Source: Botryllus schlosseri
Lineage: Eukaryota
Assembly (NCBI GenBank): GCA_051294905.1
Contig: CM119376.1
Span: 16,430,001-16,494,000 of the forward strand
Length of the DNA stretch: 64,000 bases
Reading direction: 5' to 3'
Under the pieces are notes generated by a model that worked only from the letters and a program-made list of their open reading frames with translations, made no database searches and was not told the DNA's origin. Shown one piece after another: positions 20,481-33,189 of this stretch (the stretch's first letter is position 1; every line of letters begins with the position of its first letter). Both the position numbers and the translations under genes were made by a program.

Positions 20481-23460
20481 TCAGTACAGTGTTCAATAAT
20501 GATTTGGAAAACGTCCCTTTACAAACCTTCGAGAATCTGGTCGTTAGATAGCATTCCTCGTGTACTGGCTAGGATATCAACCCCTGTACGATGTTGTATA
20601 TGGCGGTGGTGGCAAACTGGTGTCAGCTGCGCATGTTCTGATGATTTCAGTGGCGATCGACCTGCGTTCGTGAAATTCATTTCTTCTACTGTCGTTTGCA
20701 TTATATCTATGACTGCTGTGATTAAATTGGATTCATAGTCTTATGGAGTTTTGCGTTCACGATCAGTGTAAGCCGGTGAGATTCGGATACTTCGTTGTTG
20801 GCGTTGAACTATGTTACGCCCTCAGAACCCGGATTGGATCGAATTATCATACTGTAAACACCAGCACGCAATACGAAACCCATTACCTTAAAATATCTCA
20901 CTCGTTTTTTGTTATTCTGTGTCTTTTTAATAATCCTTTGTCTTTCATTATCTCGTTATTTACAGTGATATCATCATCTGCGTCCGCGCAAAGGAACTTC
21001 ACGACTATAGCTGCGCCGATGATCACGCCATCAACAATGTATTATTATCACTATTTATGTTCCGTATTTCACTATTCTGTGCAACATTTTTTAAGTTTAA
21101 TAAATCTGTCACCTATGTTAATAGCACCGTAAGAAAAACAATAATACGACAACGGTCAAAATGAGAAAAGTCAGCTATGCGGTCGTGCCATGCATGGATC
21201 GTTGTTCAGACGGCGAACAACTCAGACTACCTGAGATTTCGGCAGTTGAGATATTTGTGATGATTTGTTGTTATGTAAGCGATACATAAATGGTGTATTA
21301 ATATCATATCCGAAAATGTGTGTTTCCCTGAGTATAAGCGTGAATTATGATATACGGTACTTGGTGAATTCGGCTCTTGGTAGGGTTATCATATTTTGAG
21401 ATCCGAAAAAGACGACACTTTTCAAGTATGCTGAAACCTACAGCACCAGAAAAGAAAACTGGTGATTTTGAAAACTTATCGACCGATTGCGGATAGTACT
21501 GTGGTGACTCAAAAAAAGAGGTCATCACTTCGGCTCGACTCCTTAAATACCCAATATTTACGAAACTCTGACGTTCGCTGCGTCGGGGTCGTGTTTTTGT
21601 CTTTTGATCTCATTTTAATACTTTTTCTAGAAAAAGAGGACATTTAGGCATACTCCGAGGATACTTGAATTTATTGAAAAAATATGACAAATCCTATTAA
21701 AAAAGGACAATGTATTGTAATGTATTTATCCAGTCGTATGCTATTCGGGGTAGGTCAGGAAATTGGCCTTTCGGGCCGCTATTTATCCATATGCGTAACG
21801 GCTATACGAGTCGACAGATCTCCGCGAATAACTATCCAATTATTTACAGACAACGGAGATGAAGCAATTAGTTATTAGACTTTTATGCTAGCATGCTGTT
21901 TAAGCCCTGTGTATTTACCAACTTCGCCAACGTGGGAGTCATACTCGAACAGTTCAAGTGATAAACGAGTATTTCAGACTACAACATGAATTCAACTAGA
22001 TAGTTACACACACTTCATGTCTTCACCATTCAATATCACTTCTGAGATATTGAGTGAGCCGCATATTAGGCGTAAAATTTCACTGCTACGCGGGGGTCCT
22101 ATTCAATCGGTTTGTGTCTAGGCGGGTAAATGGATGTCAACGCTCTCACACGGCTCGTACGGACTGAAGTAGATAAAACTATACGAGAGTTGAGAACAAC
22201 AAACTTGATTCAGCTGGTTTAATATCAATCGCGGTAAACTGAAATCGTAAACTGGCGCTGATTCATTGAGTCATTATTCTATAATAAACGTAGGTGTTGC
22301 GCGTAATTTGATATATGCGCCAACGTGACATCGCAATACCTCTCTAAATATCATAGAAGTCGTTTGTGAGGAGTTCGTTATTATTGAAATCGAAAAGAGT
22401 GTTGACCGTTCAGTCAGTATATATTAAGTGATTGCGAAGAAGATAGTAGGATGAAGGAAAGAATGTAGCCTGGCAGTGACAGCGGATTTTGTTCAAGTAT
22501 GAACCTTGCCCGATACGCAGTGCACCTGCGGTGCGTTTCGTGATATTTGTTCAAAACCTCCTCGCAGGAACAATTACAAATACCTGAGAGACGTTGCAAT
22601 CGAAATGTGTTTCAACACTGAGTTTATCTAGATTCTAGAATGAGTTATATTTTATAAATAATCGCAAAATTCCTCTAGAATTTCGGATGCTTATTGTGAG
22701 CTATCGAGGTAATGGATTTATCGTGTCCATGACGGTACTCCGATTCATGTAAGTGTGATAAGGATTTAATTGAAACGAATGGGTTTATGTTACTGCAAAA
22801 TCGATGTTATGCACTGCATATGTGTCCCTACCACGATGTAACTTATTTTCGCCGGAGAGTGACAAGAAAATTCAAAATTATTTTTCAAATTCCAAATCAT
22901 ATTCCGGATCCAAGTCCCAATGCCTCTCTGAATCCCTATAGAAATCCTGAAGTGCAGCATGAAGGAAATGATGGAAAGCTAAAAATGGTTAGTGCGTGAA
23001 CGTCACTTTACTCAAATTCATAGTCTATATATGTGCAAAACAGAAGTCCCCAGCTAACATACTAGATTCCGCAACCCCGAACTCATAATTTACGAATCGC
23101 ATTTAATCGCCAATCTGTACAGTAGCCTATATACTTGTTTTTTTTTTCAGTTCCAGTATCATATGAATTTAAAGCCTTAGAAAGCAGGCGATATAGATTC
23201 ATGATTTTGAAGCGGAGTTCGGCGAGTTATTGATGTCTACTCTGGATAACGGAAAGAAATTTTCAAAAAGTGAGAGAAAAGTGCACCCGACCATTTTTGA
23301 CGTGAGTTCCAGTTTCCCAACTGTGAGTAGGAAACGAAATACTGAATAACAGTAATAAAACAAGCTGACGTCTTTAGGCTACAGAGTCATAGTAAAAAAC
23401 TGGTACGATTGTGCTCGATAGTCGATACGCATCTCTATCAGGCATAATACGTAAGAACGG

Positions 23461-23565
23461 CAACGGCAGGGGAAGAGGAGCCCAGATAAACGTCCGACGG
23501 GAATCGAACCCGATCCGTCTGCGTGCTGGGCGCTTATCGTAACCACTACCTACACTATCTCCCCC
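23461..23565 (-). mobile_element. tRNA-derived SINE head / tRNA-like pseudogene (second family)
   Basis: Minus strand GGGGGAGATAGTGTAGGTAGTGGTTACG…GGGTTCGATTCCCGTCGG has A and B boxes but no closed acceptor stem. Confidence 0.6.
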
Positions 23566-23950
23566 GATTAATAGTTAATAGTAATACCCGAGTCATGGTC
23601 GCTTCGTTTGAGAGTTGTCCCATATTGAGGCCATGGCAACGACATTAGCATTTAGTTTTATGGAATGACGTATCCCCCAACGTGTAGCGGAAAAGCGCTC
23701 ATCTTGATGCCCACGCTGTGTATATTATTAATTCAGTGACGTCATAATAGTTCATTTCCTGTCAATATGTCTGTGACGCAACTTCAGTGTTAGATATTCT
23801 TCCCCTCACATTCCGAGACAGCGCACTTGTATGTATCAATCGACAAACCTAATTAACGACACACTGGTGCGAGTATAGGTAAACATTGGCGTAATAAGGA
23901 ATTAGTCGGTAAATCTGTCATACGTGACTTTTCGTAATTTGAATAATTAA

Positions 23951-26900
23951 ATGGCATTCCTTAATGTTAGCGTGTATTTGCTCAAGGTACATCCCAACTT
24001 AAAGAATCATCCTGTACCATGGCGATCAAGATCATTGATTTACGTAATTCATGATTGAAGTTCCATATTGCACACGTTTTTCAGGGGAATGCCCCAGAAC
24101 GCAACGCTAAAAACAGTGCCCCTCCTTCTGTTGTGATAACAGACTTCTCAGATGATGACAGCGAATTGAGGTCGATAACAGGTAGCCCGGAACTCAGACC
24201 TGACGAAGGTGATTTCATGCACATTTTTTACACTAACTACTGTATGATATAGAATAGCTCGCTTTTTGACGATAAATCAAATCGGTTGGTCTATTGGAGG
24301 GGTGTCCAACCTTTTTGCATAAGGCCCACATGCGTTCTACAAATGATTGGTACTTGCCTATATTGCATCTACGTTTTAACCTTTTACCGGTAGAGCTGAT
24401 GTAAGTGGTGTCTTCGACAGTAGAGCGCCTTATCACACCATAAGCCAGTGGTTCTCAACCTTTTTGTCTTCGCGGACCCCTTATGGAGCTTCACGGAACC
24501 CCACGGACCCCCGAATATTTAGTTCAAATTAAGCTCTATTATAGTGCAACCGGAATCGGTCGTGTGCAATGTGCATGTAGCAGCTGTTAGACTACTGATA
24601 AACAGCAACAAAATGACCGTTCTTGAAAATAACACCATAGGCTAAGTATCATAGCCTCCTATTTATGTAGAAATTTGGAAGGCTTTTATGATTCCAAAAC
24701 GAATTCTGCAGCTAAATTTATCGAAATACGTGGAGTGTATGGGAAATACGCGTCGTGTATTATATATGAAGGCGAAAATTCATTTCCACAAAGATAGGTG
24801 GTGGCGAATGTAATAATAACGCGCAATGCTTCCGACGAACGACACCTATGGGTATGATCGCAACCTGTATGAAATCAAAATTGAGAAACTGATTTTTAGT
24901 TAACATATAACCCCCCCCCCCCCCCCCCATTGACATCTAGCCTAGCAGCTTCTCTTATTGTTAGTCTGGAATAGCGATTATGCGTATCCCAGGTGAAAAT
25001 GGATTTTTGCAAACAAATTCTACCCAAAACCCCAAAAAACATTTATAAACAGTAATATGTTTGTATTAGCAGGATATTGGCAATTAGGAAATTGAAATGA
25101 GTTTGCACAGTAGAAAATTTCATCTCAGACGGCCATTCTGATTATACGAGTTATGAGATGTTAGCCGTTATGAAACGAAACTGTCTGGCGATTTCTCTAA
25201 TTTAAAAAAAATACAAATTAGGTTAGCAACCATTTTGCAAATTTGGAGGCTTCGCGGACCCCCGGTTGAGAACCACTGTCTTAAGCAATACAATACGCTT
25301 AAGACTGTCCAATGTTCATGGAAGGTTCTCGCTTGTCAGCATCGGGCGGGTTCATTGTTATTATTATCATTTATTGAAGTATGCTGCTATTTCGTGACCT
25401 CCGGAAAAGATTGTTCTTACTCAAAAATATTGGAATCGCTCACCCAACTAAAAGAAGAAAAAAAATCATTTAGTTAGACGCATGCGATTCCATATTCGCA
25501 TTTCTTCGCGGGGTACAATGTTCTCTTCTCTTCGTATCGAATTTGTACCGCGGGACTCAAATTTCAAGGAACACATTTCCAGTTGATATACTGGTCCCAC
25601 AAAGCGATAAAGCCAAACCCAATGCAACTTCATCGTATCGCCAATCACAAAGGTGAAATGCGGGGGCGTGTCCATTGGGCTCGAACCCGATATGTATGAG
25701 CCCGAACCAAACAGTTTTTTACAACAACCTGAATTTCGATCCTGAAAAAAGTACATACAACTATTAACTCGGTGATTAGTCGAGTGGTCATCGTGCGCTA
25801 TTGAAGTGTGAAATATTTCCATTAGTCACGCCCAAAACCAAAACGACCGACCGGACTGCGACCTTTACGCACCCGTCTGTAGTACAAGCACAACCATTAA
25901 AATATAGGATCCCAGACCATGTGGATTTCCGAAAGGCGGCGCTTAGAGAAAATAGATTAAGAACCACTGGTCTAAAATATCCAGCCTCGAAATCGTTAAT
26001 TCGAAATTCTTGTACATAAATGTAAGAGTCGTATCAATCGTTGATGCGTGTCACATGATGACTGGATATTTTTAGAGAGAGAGAGAGATTTATTTTATTT
26101 AACTGACTGATTTATATATTTATTTAACTGACTCTATAACGATATAGACGGGTGCCGGCGATATGATCCTTACGATCTTCATGTCATGTCAAGTGTTGCG
26201 GCATAACAACGTCAGTAGTTACATGGCATAATAAACCATCTCTCTCCACTTGGCTTCCATATAATACTCAATTCACCGAAATAACGTTAAAATAAGTTGA
26301 TTGGGGCTAGGCCAGAATCGTTTGCTATCACATCTACGTTTAATCTCAACCACAGTGGACCTTAGACGCCATTAATCCAATCAGATTTACGTGGACAGCG
26401 GGCGGTCGTAATTTATAGGCGAGAAATATGCGGCATCAGTGATTTAGAAATGACGCATACGGATTGCAGACACGCACGGGGATGCTACGAGAACGGCTCG
26501 TGCTACACATCGTTATAATTGATTGTCATGTATACAACAAAAACAGGGAATTATAGTCACATATAGATATAAAATTCGTATGTTGCAATTTACCGTTGTC
26601 CGACCCAGTTTGCTCGTGACTATTACACTACAAATTCAAGTGGGCCACGACCAATAAGACGTGGGGAACCACTGCGTTAACATCAGTTTGCATTTCAAAA
26701 GCGGATATCTCCGAAAATAGGCATTTCTCGAAATGGTTAGATTTTGAAATCATGATACTTGCCTATTGCCTACGAACTAGCCAAATATATTTCAAGGATC
26801 ACATAGGACCTTTGTTTCAATTATCAACAACCTCGTCGTCCTAGGCCGCAAACGAATGTTAACCGTTTTAGCACATTAATATTTATGCCTACTTGGATTT

Positions 26901-29900
26901 TAGGTTCAAAAAGATTAAATGGATTTCCTGCGCCTGGTAAAGCGGCTTTGAAGTGGCAGAATGCAACCAAGAAAGTTACTCAAGCTGTTGTAGTTACACA
27001 AGCAATACACCGGCCGCAAACGAGACAGAAGAAGGTGTTATTGCTATAACCGTATTGCATAACGAATTATAATATTGCATCGAAAAATTTTGCAGATTCG
27101 TAGACAACTAAATGGATCAAAGGCCGCACTGCCGGTGTTGCCAATTGCCGCAGCAAGTTTCCTGTTGGCGGCCAACTGTTTAGTCCCTGGGATCGGTAAG
27201 GAAACGTGGGTTGATGACTCGGGTGTTCATTGTTCAACGAGTGAGTGAGAGAGAGAGAGAGAGAGAGAGAGATGGTATTTTTACCCCTACACCATCGAGA
27301 TGCTTTGACGACGGAGATGCGATACGGCCTTTATAGCAAGGTCATCTAGTCTGCACCCCCAATGATCTGGACGGACATGGCCAGGATTCGGTCTAGATAA
27401 TATTGTGCAATCACCGTTCTTGAGTATTGCAATTACGCGCTTGGTCCCTTAGTTAGCTAATCCACGGATATCTATAGGGTATCTAACAACATATCCAGCG
27501 CTACATAGGCCTATACTCTAAGGCAGAAGCGGGCAACATACGGACCGCGGGCCGGATCCGGCCCGTGGACAGTTTTCCGTCTTACATGAAAATGTGGCCC
27601 GCGGCCGCAGTCTGCCGAGATCTCCACTGCTTGCTTACTACGTCAAATTTTAATGACTGTATGTTATTATATACGCATGTGCGGTGTGCGTAGCGTGCAA
27701 GAGTGGAGCTTACGCGTAAGTTTGTCGAAGCGAGAAGACTTGCATAATCGGCGTTTAAGATGAACTCAGTTCTAATAAACTGATATCTTGGTAAATGTGG
27801 GGTACCGGGCTTATCGAACGCCTTTGAAATCTTAATTAATCCTTTCAATGGGGGGGGGGGGTCAAGTTCAAGTTCATCTCTCAATTTCTGCAATAGGATA
27901 TATTGTAGCGGGCTGCTTGTGGTTTATATGGAAAACCATATATCTTCTGATTTATGTGATACCTACTTTGAAAGTATAAGGCGAAACAATTTTCGAATAC
28001 CGACGATCTTACACGAGGAGTTCGGCCTAAAATATGCATGCCGAAAAACAATGGTTATCACCTGAAATTTCCAGATATTTTCGGAGTGGGAAATATTGTC
28101 GGAAATTATGCCAGATCATCAGAAGTCGACTTGTACGGCATTCTGTGTAATTTTTCACCGTTTCGAACTTCAAACCTTATCTGGGGAGTTTTCTGAGGGG
28201 GTTTGTTAATTGTGGTCACGCTTCGGTGCATTTCAAGAACATAGTCAAGTTCAAGTCCGAGTTCGTGACGGAATTTGAGTCATAAACTGGTTTACTATGC
28301 CTGCAAATGGGTGGATATGAAGAGAGAAAGTATACCACGTTGTTTCATGCCATTAACTAGGCGTTAGGGCTCCGATTCGGTATTGATCTTGAACTTGACC
28401 ATTATGACTTATACTCACTGACCACGCCTATATGGAAATTTTTCATGTATTTTTGATTTTTCGATATCTGGCGAGCCTGCGGTTTACTGCTATGGTTGAC
28501 GACTTGTTCGAAACCAGGCAACGATGGCTGCGCATTGAGGCATCATTTTTGACTCACTGACGCTATCCTGGGGGTCAATCTCGAAAAATGAGAGAGAGAG
28601 AGAGATTTTTTAGTGAAAAAGTCTGTTTATTAAGTCATATAAAAAAAAACTCTAGACATGGCATGGGGTGTTGATCGAAGGTGGAAACGGTAGAGGGCTA
28701 TACTCCGCCCGCCCACTTTTAAACTGGTACAGCCCAGATTCAAGTCTTGGTGAGGTCACGGTATGAATTTGAAAAGTGATGGTCATTTCTGCAAAAAGTG
28801 ACTCCCCATCAAAAGGGCACCATGTGTTAATTGATCAGAGAGAAGCTGACATGGCGGTGCCTGTATGACAATGCTGTTCTCAAATCCACATTGTATTCGT
28901 CATCGTCGGCGAGAAATGGCTTTGAAGCAGGGCATGGTATGGTATGGAATGAGAATCTTCCATACTCCATACCCGCCCAATCGTTCCATACCATACTTGA
29001 CAATTTTCCATACCATTCCAACATTCTTCCACACCATATTTGATACTTTTTCCATATTTTCACAACTCGACCAACCTCTCATATTCTATTTTTGATGTGT
29101 GGAAATGTTCCGGCGTACATATTCTAATTATTTTGGATGAGATTATCCATTTCAACAGCCCTGATGCACCAATGATAGCCTCAGTTTCTTTATATCATAT
29201 GTCGTCAGCGATGTAGGAACTTATAATGTATAGGCCTATACACATGGAATTATTTGGAAATCACAACAGAATCTCACGACATGTAAATCTAGTGTGGTAA
29301 CGCACTGCTAGCATAACCTCCACTACATAATAACGTGAAACAAAGGTATTGTCAAATTATAAGATAGGTTCCCAATCTCTATATACTTTAAAATTGTGAA
29401 AATTTGATAAGATCTTGGTTGGTAAGGACTTGCTATTGGTGAAAGTTAAGATTCCCAGAATGAAACAGCACGCAGTAAAATTAATGAGCAGTGAACTGGT
29501 AACCATACGGCGTACACGCAATGTTACGTCTCCGTAAAATGGATATGTGAGGTAAGCCGACAGAAAAATGGGAGGGGTTTGAAATTTTTCCAAACGTACC
29601 AACGTAGCATCAATTTACATGTGTAAATGCCGAATATATTGCATGGGTCAGATAAACTTCCTGGTGTTAACAAACTTATGCGTATGGTAGATATACGCCA
29701 CCATAACCTACACTGTCGCACGCTACTATAACTCGAGTGGTAAGAAATATGTCATTTCATCAGTAACGAGTCCGGCCATGCTATCAATTAGCGACAAGCG
29801 AAATGCAATTGTAACGCGACAGCGGTCGAATATCATTCATTTTTATGATATTTAAATCGGAATAATTATTATCAATAATATTATTTTCATTCATATGCGC

Positions 29901-30767
29901 GTCGCGAAACTTATTTGTCTTCAAATAGATGTCGACCGGTATGGGTGAGTCATGAATCACAATTTGAGATATGAACATCGACAGTGAGCGATTTTATGTG
30001 GTATGCAGTCAATTTGACAAATCGAAAGTTAGGATTATTGTCATGGTTCTGGCAAAACTGTCAAGTATGGAAAAAGTATGGAAGTATGGAAAACACATTC
30101 CATACCATACTTGGTAAATTTCCATACCATACCATACTTGCACTCTTGCATATTCCATACCGAAATTTCGTTCCATACCATACCATACTTCCATACCATA
30201 CCATGCCCTGCTTCGAAGTGACATTGCTGTCGTTGAAATACATTCATGAAATACGAATCATTCCTTGTATATGTGGATGAATGGGCGAATAATGTATCGA
30301 TTCAGCAATCCGGCCGCCAAGTACTTAATTTTCCTATATCCGGCCCGCCGACTCGAGAATTTGCCCGCCCCTGCTCTAAGGGCATGCAGTGATAATAGGG
30401 CAGTGTTGAGCTTATTTGCCTTTGTGCCAACAGGTACCATGGTGGCTGGGTTCACATTCTGTTGCTGTGCAACGACATACGATAAGCCGGACAGGAAGGG
30501 TATTTGGGATAAAGTACCAGGATTGGTATCTAACTTTTCACTGCGGCCTTATGCAACGCACTCCTGTCTAATCTCGGCGAAAATCATTTTCAGATTTGCA
30601 CAAACCTATTTGTGGGCCTGGCGCAGCTACTGACAGTTAGTTTCCTCTTGGCGGGATGGTTCTGGAGCATCGCATGGGGAGTAACCATGGTGCAACTATC
30701 TCTGCAGAGACGCAAGGAGAAGAAAGAAGGAAGCGATTGGTTTCCTGATGCCGATGATGCTGATTGA
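23951..30767 (+). CDS. STUM: Protein stum homolog (SPEC3/Stum family), ~218 aa, 6 exons
   Basis: join(23951..23986,24085..24208,26904..27034,27096..27195,30434..30525,30594..30767), 657 nt, phases consistent. The C-terminal half AALPVLPIAAASFLLAANCLVPGIGTMVAGFTFCCCA…NLFVGLAQLLTVSFLLAGWFWSIAWGVTMV aligns with the Stum/SPEC3 pattern ([31 protein letters not shown]…[26 protein letters not shown]). First exon uncertain (alternative donor at 22987). Confidence 0.88.
24085..24208 (+). CDS. STUM: Stum exon 2 (GNAPERNAKNSAPPSVVITDFSDDD…)
   Basis: Acceptor cgtttttcag, donor G|GTGATT; phase 1 joins exon 3. Confidence 0.75.
24446..25278. mobile_element. hAT Charlie-like MITE in stum intron 2
   Basis: TIR CAGTGGTTCTCAACC ... 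GGTTGAGAACCACTG; TSD ccataagc/tcttaagc. Confidence 0.8.
26904..27034 (+). CDS. STUM: Stum exon 3
   Basis: Acceptor ggattttag; open frame GSKRLNGFPAPGKAALKWQNATKKVTQAVVVTQAIHRPQTRQKK; 61-nt intron follows. Confidence 0.8.
27096..27195 (+). CDS. STUM: Stum exon 4 (first hydrophobic segment)
   Basis: Acceptor ttttgcag, donor G|GTAAGG. Confidence 0.9.
27246..27360 (-). mobile_element. 5'-truncated copy of the 14312-14591 SINE
   Basis: (GA)n tail followed by a reverse-complement match to 14475-14570. Confidence 0.8.
27524..30373. mobile_element. hAT MITE expanded to 2.85 kb by nested insertions (stum intron 4)
   Basis: Termini CAGAAGCGGGCAA ... TTGCCCGCCCCTG; perfect TSD CTCTAAGG (27516-27523, 30374-30381). 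Confidence 0.85.
28928..30210. mobile_element. Nested hAT element with (ATGGT/CCATA)n subterminal repeats
   Basis: TIR CAGGGCATGGTATGG ... CCATACCATGCCCTG; TSD ctttgaag/cttcgaag; the empty site is seen at ~3280. Confidence 0.85.
30434..30525 (+). CDS. STUM: Stum exon 5
   Basis: Acceptor gccaacag; encodes GTMVAGFTFCCCA…; donor TTG|GTATCT. Confidence 0.9.
30594..30767 (+). CDS. STUM: Stum last exon
   Basis: Acceptor cattttcag; encodes AQLLTVSFLLAGWFWSIAWG; stop TGA 30765-30767. Confidence 0.9.
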   Translation: MCTNLFVGLAQLLTVSFLLAGWFWSIAWGVTMVQLSLQRRKEKKEGSDWFPDADDAD

Positions 30768-30812
30768 CCTATCATTGATTATATATGAGCAGCATATAGA
30801 AGGGTCTTACCT

Positions 30813-30818
30813 AATAAA
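30813..30818 (+). terminator. Candidate polyadenylation signal of stum (AATAAA)
   Basis: First AATAAA, 45 nt after the stop codon. Confidence 0.45.
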
Positions 30819-32589
30819 ATATATCCAGCGAAGAGAATCTACTTGGATGCTTAGAAGAGTTAAACTGATCACTATCTCAATCTCATTGGTGTGAAACAAT
30901 CTGGGTTGCTTAGACCGGACAAAATAGTCGTTTTGTGTGAACAATAGCTAATGCATATATTGACAAGTGACTCGTCTAATTCCATCGGTATAGTTTGTCA
31001 AGTTACTGCGATCGCCAATATCTACAATTCTACACACTTCAAAACTTCGTATTTTCTAAACTGTCGACTTGAAACATTGCTTACTGCTTTTCGGAAATGC
31101 TTCATTATATATTTCTTTGTCATTACGTGGATTAATACATACATGAGATCTTATTTTCGTGTGAAATATTTCGTTTTTGGATGAATAAGCATGTCAATGG
31201 GTCTCGTGATTTTGAGAAAATATTCGCGATTTCAATAATATCGAATAGAATTAGCATAGCCTGGCATTTGGCCCAAACTTCAGACTGGTATCGTATTGAC
31301 ATGTGTCCGTCCTCGTGCAGAGGGCAGAGCCTCGATCTGCTCACAAACGGCACAGGCCAGTGTTGGGTAGACTCGAGTATGTACGTACAATTAATCATTT
31401 ATTCATAAGTTACCCCTCAAATAAATTGTACGTCTCGAAGGTTAAATTCAACCTAAACTGAGATGGTACAATAGGTACAATTCAGACTCCACTGATGAGC
31501 TATATGAAATGACTGGTGAATGCGAGACAAATTTTCAAGTCATCAAATATTTTACTTCCAAACGTATTCTGAATCTCTCGGCTGCACTAGAAGTGATCAT
31601 GATGACTTTATTTACTGGATTTCATTCCATTTGCCTTTTCGATATCGATAGTTCCACCAGCTGCGACATTACAAACAAAACAGCTTCGGCACCGTCAACG
31701 GCTTCAGCTATCGTAACAATCGTGGGTAGCCTACACAACGACACGACAATAAGACACGCAATGCGATGTAATGAACAGAACAGATATGCTCGACCTTGGC
31801 AGTCTTACTTTTTCTTGCTTATCTAATTTGAATACCTGTGGTGTACGCCATTCATCGGGTATTCGCTGGCACTTCTTTTTGTAAGGACACCGCAAGAACG
31901 AGCGACTCAGCCAAGGAGGATCTCGATAAACCGCCCACGCTTCTAAACGTAGCCTACTATTGCAGTGAATCCAACCCGGATCTGTTGCGTCGATTCCGGT
32001 GGATGCGCGCGCACACTGCCGTAATAATGGCATTGACTGTGGCATTATAATATCATTACAGCCATGCATAAATCTATTCAGCAAGTATAGTTTGTGTGGA
32101 ATTAGCGGGGGTTCCGTACTGTAGGATATCTGCGTATTACACATCGACTCACTTTTAAATCCATTTTCGCTTATGCGAGATTGAGCGATTAATTGCAAAT
32201 AGGATTTACGAGAACCAACGAGGGGCGATAGTTATGGAATTTATACTTTACTATAGCTGTTTTATTTTTGGGAAGTCAGTCGTTGAAGGCCTATACCCAG
32301 GGCCGTAACTGCCGCACCCCAAACCCCCCAATTGGGGGGGGCGAGCTCGAAGGAGGCCCAAAATTATTTCGTGAATCAGCATAAATATTGGAGTATTTTT
32401 TGAAAATTTATGCAACTTTTTCAGAAATTTTTCACGCTGCGCCCGATTTCACGTTGCCCAATATCTTGATTATTGGGTTCTCTTCACCCAAGAAAAAATA
32501 CGGAAGATTTATAGAAATGGGCATATCAGCGTTGGACATTACCTCGCCACGACGAACCAAGACATATAAATTTTTAGGCCATGTAACAT

Positions 32590-32867
32590 TAGGGTTAACA
32601 TACGTCCTCTTTTAAGAGGATTTGTCCTTTTTTTTACTTTTTTGAAAGTGCCCTCGGCGGACGCCCAAATGTCCTCTTTTTTGAAAATTTTGGTTTGACT
32701 GAGATACAATAAGTCAGCACTGTAATAACGCTCCAGCGGCTAATTCAGGAGCTGGGCTGGAAAGTTGACTTTTTTTTAGTCAAGCGACCAGGAAATGGAA
32801 AAAATTTACCCTTTTTTTGCCGGCTTGAAAATTTTGAAAAAGTGATTTCCAAAATATGGTAACCCTA
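32590..32867. mobile_element. hAT MITE, family A variant
   Basis: TAGGGTTAACATA ... TATGGTAACCCTA; perfect TSD TGTAACAT. Confidence 0.85.
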
Positions 32868-33189
32868 TGTAACATGCGACTCCAAGAGGTGTGCCAGAAC
32901 GATCAGCAGCGAGAAAACTTTGGCCGAAAAGGACAGCCCTTATTCTGACCGAAAACTTCGTTATATATACAAAATACAGCATACATGTTAAACTGTCCAT
33001 AGGCGCCTAAATGGCTGGCGCCGAATGTTCTTATCTTGGCAATCTGAGCCTCACAAGACAAATACCATCCCGCAGGGAAAAACAATATGCCAGTGAAGAA
33101 ATACCAATTTTAAATCGTGTGATCTTTTAGTTAAGTACACGTTTGGGCGATTCTATATTTTTTGATAATGCAGGCTAACGGGTCCGCCC

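Noticed and set aside
25380-25477. Candidate stum terminal exon (VCCYFVTSGKD…FS*)
   Set aside because: Weak AAG acceptor, and exon 26904-27034 fits the same phase and leads into the conserved Stum domain.
25466-25822. 118-aa minus ORF with a strong acceptor inside stum intron 2
   Set aside because: No recognisable homology and no partner exons found; left unresolved.
28827-30247. Cluster of ORFs rich in MVWYG / PYHT
   Set aside because: Translation of (ATGGT)n subterminal repeats of a MITE.
31500-32198. GC-richer segment with ORFs on both strands, including a TIR-domain-like fragment (IAEAVDGAEAVLFVMSQ)
   Set aside because: Splice phases are incompatible or stops intervene, and the similarity is too short to support.
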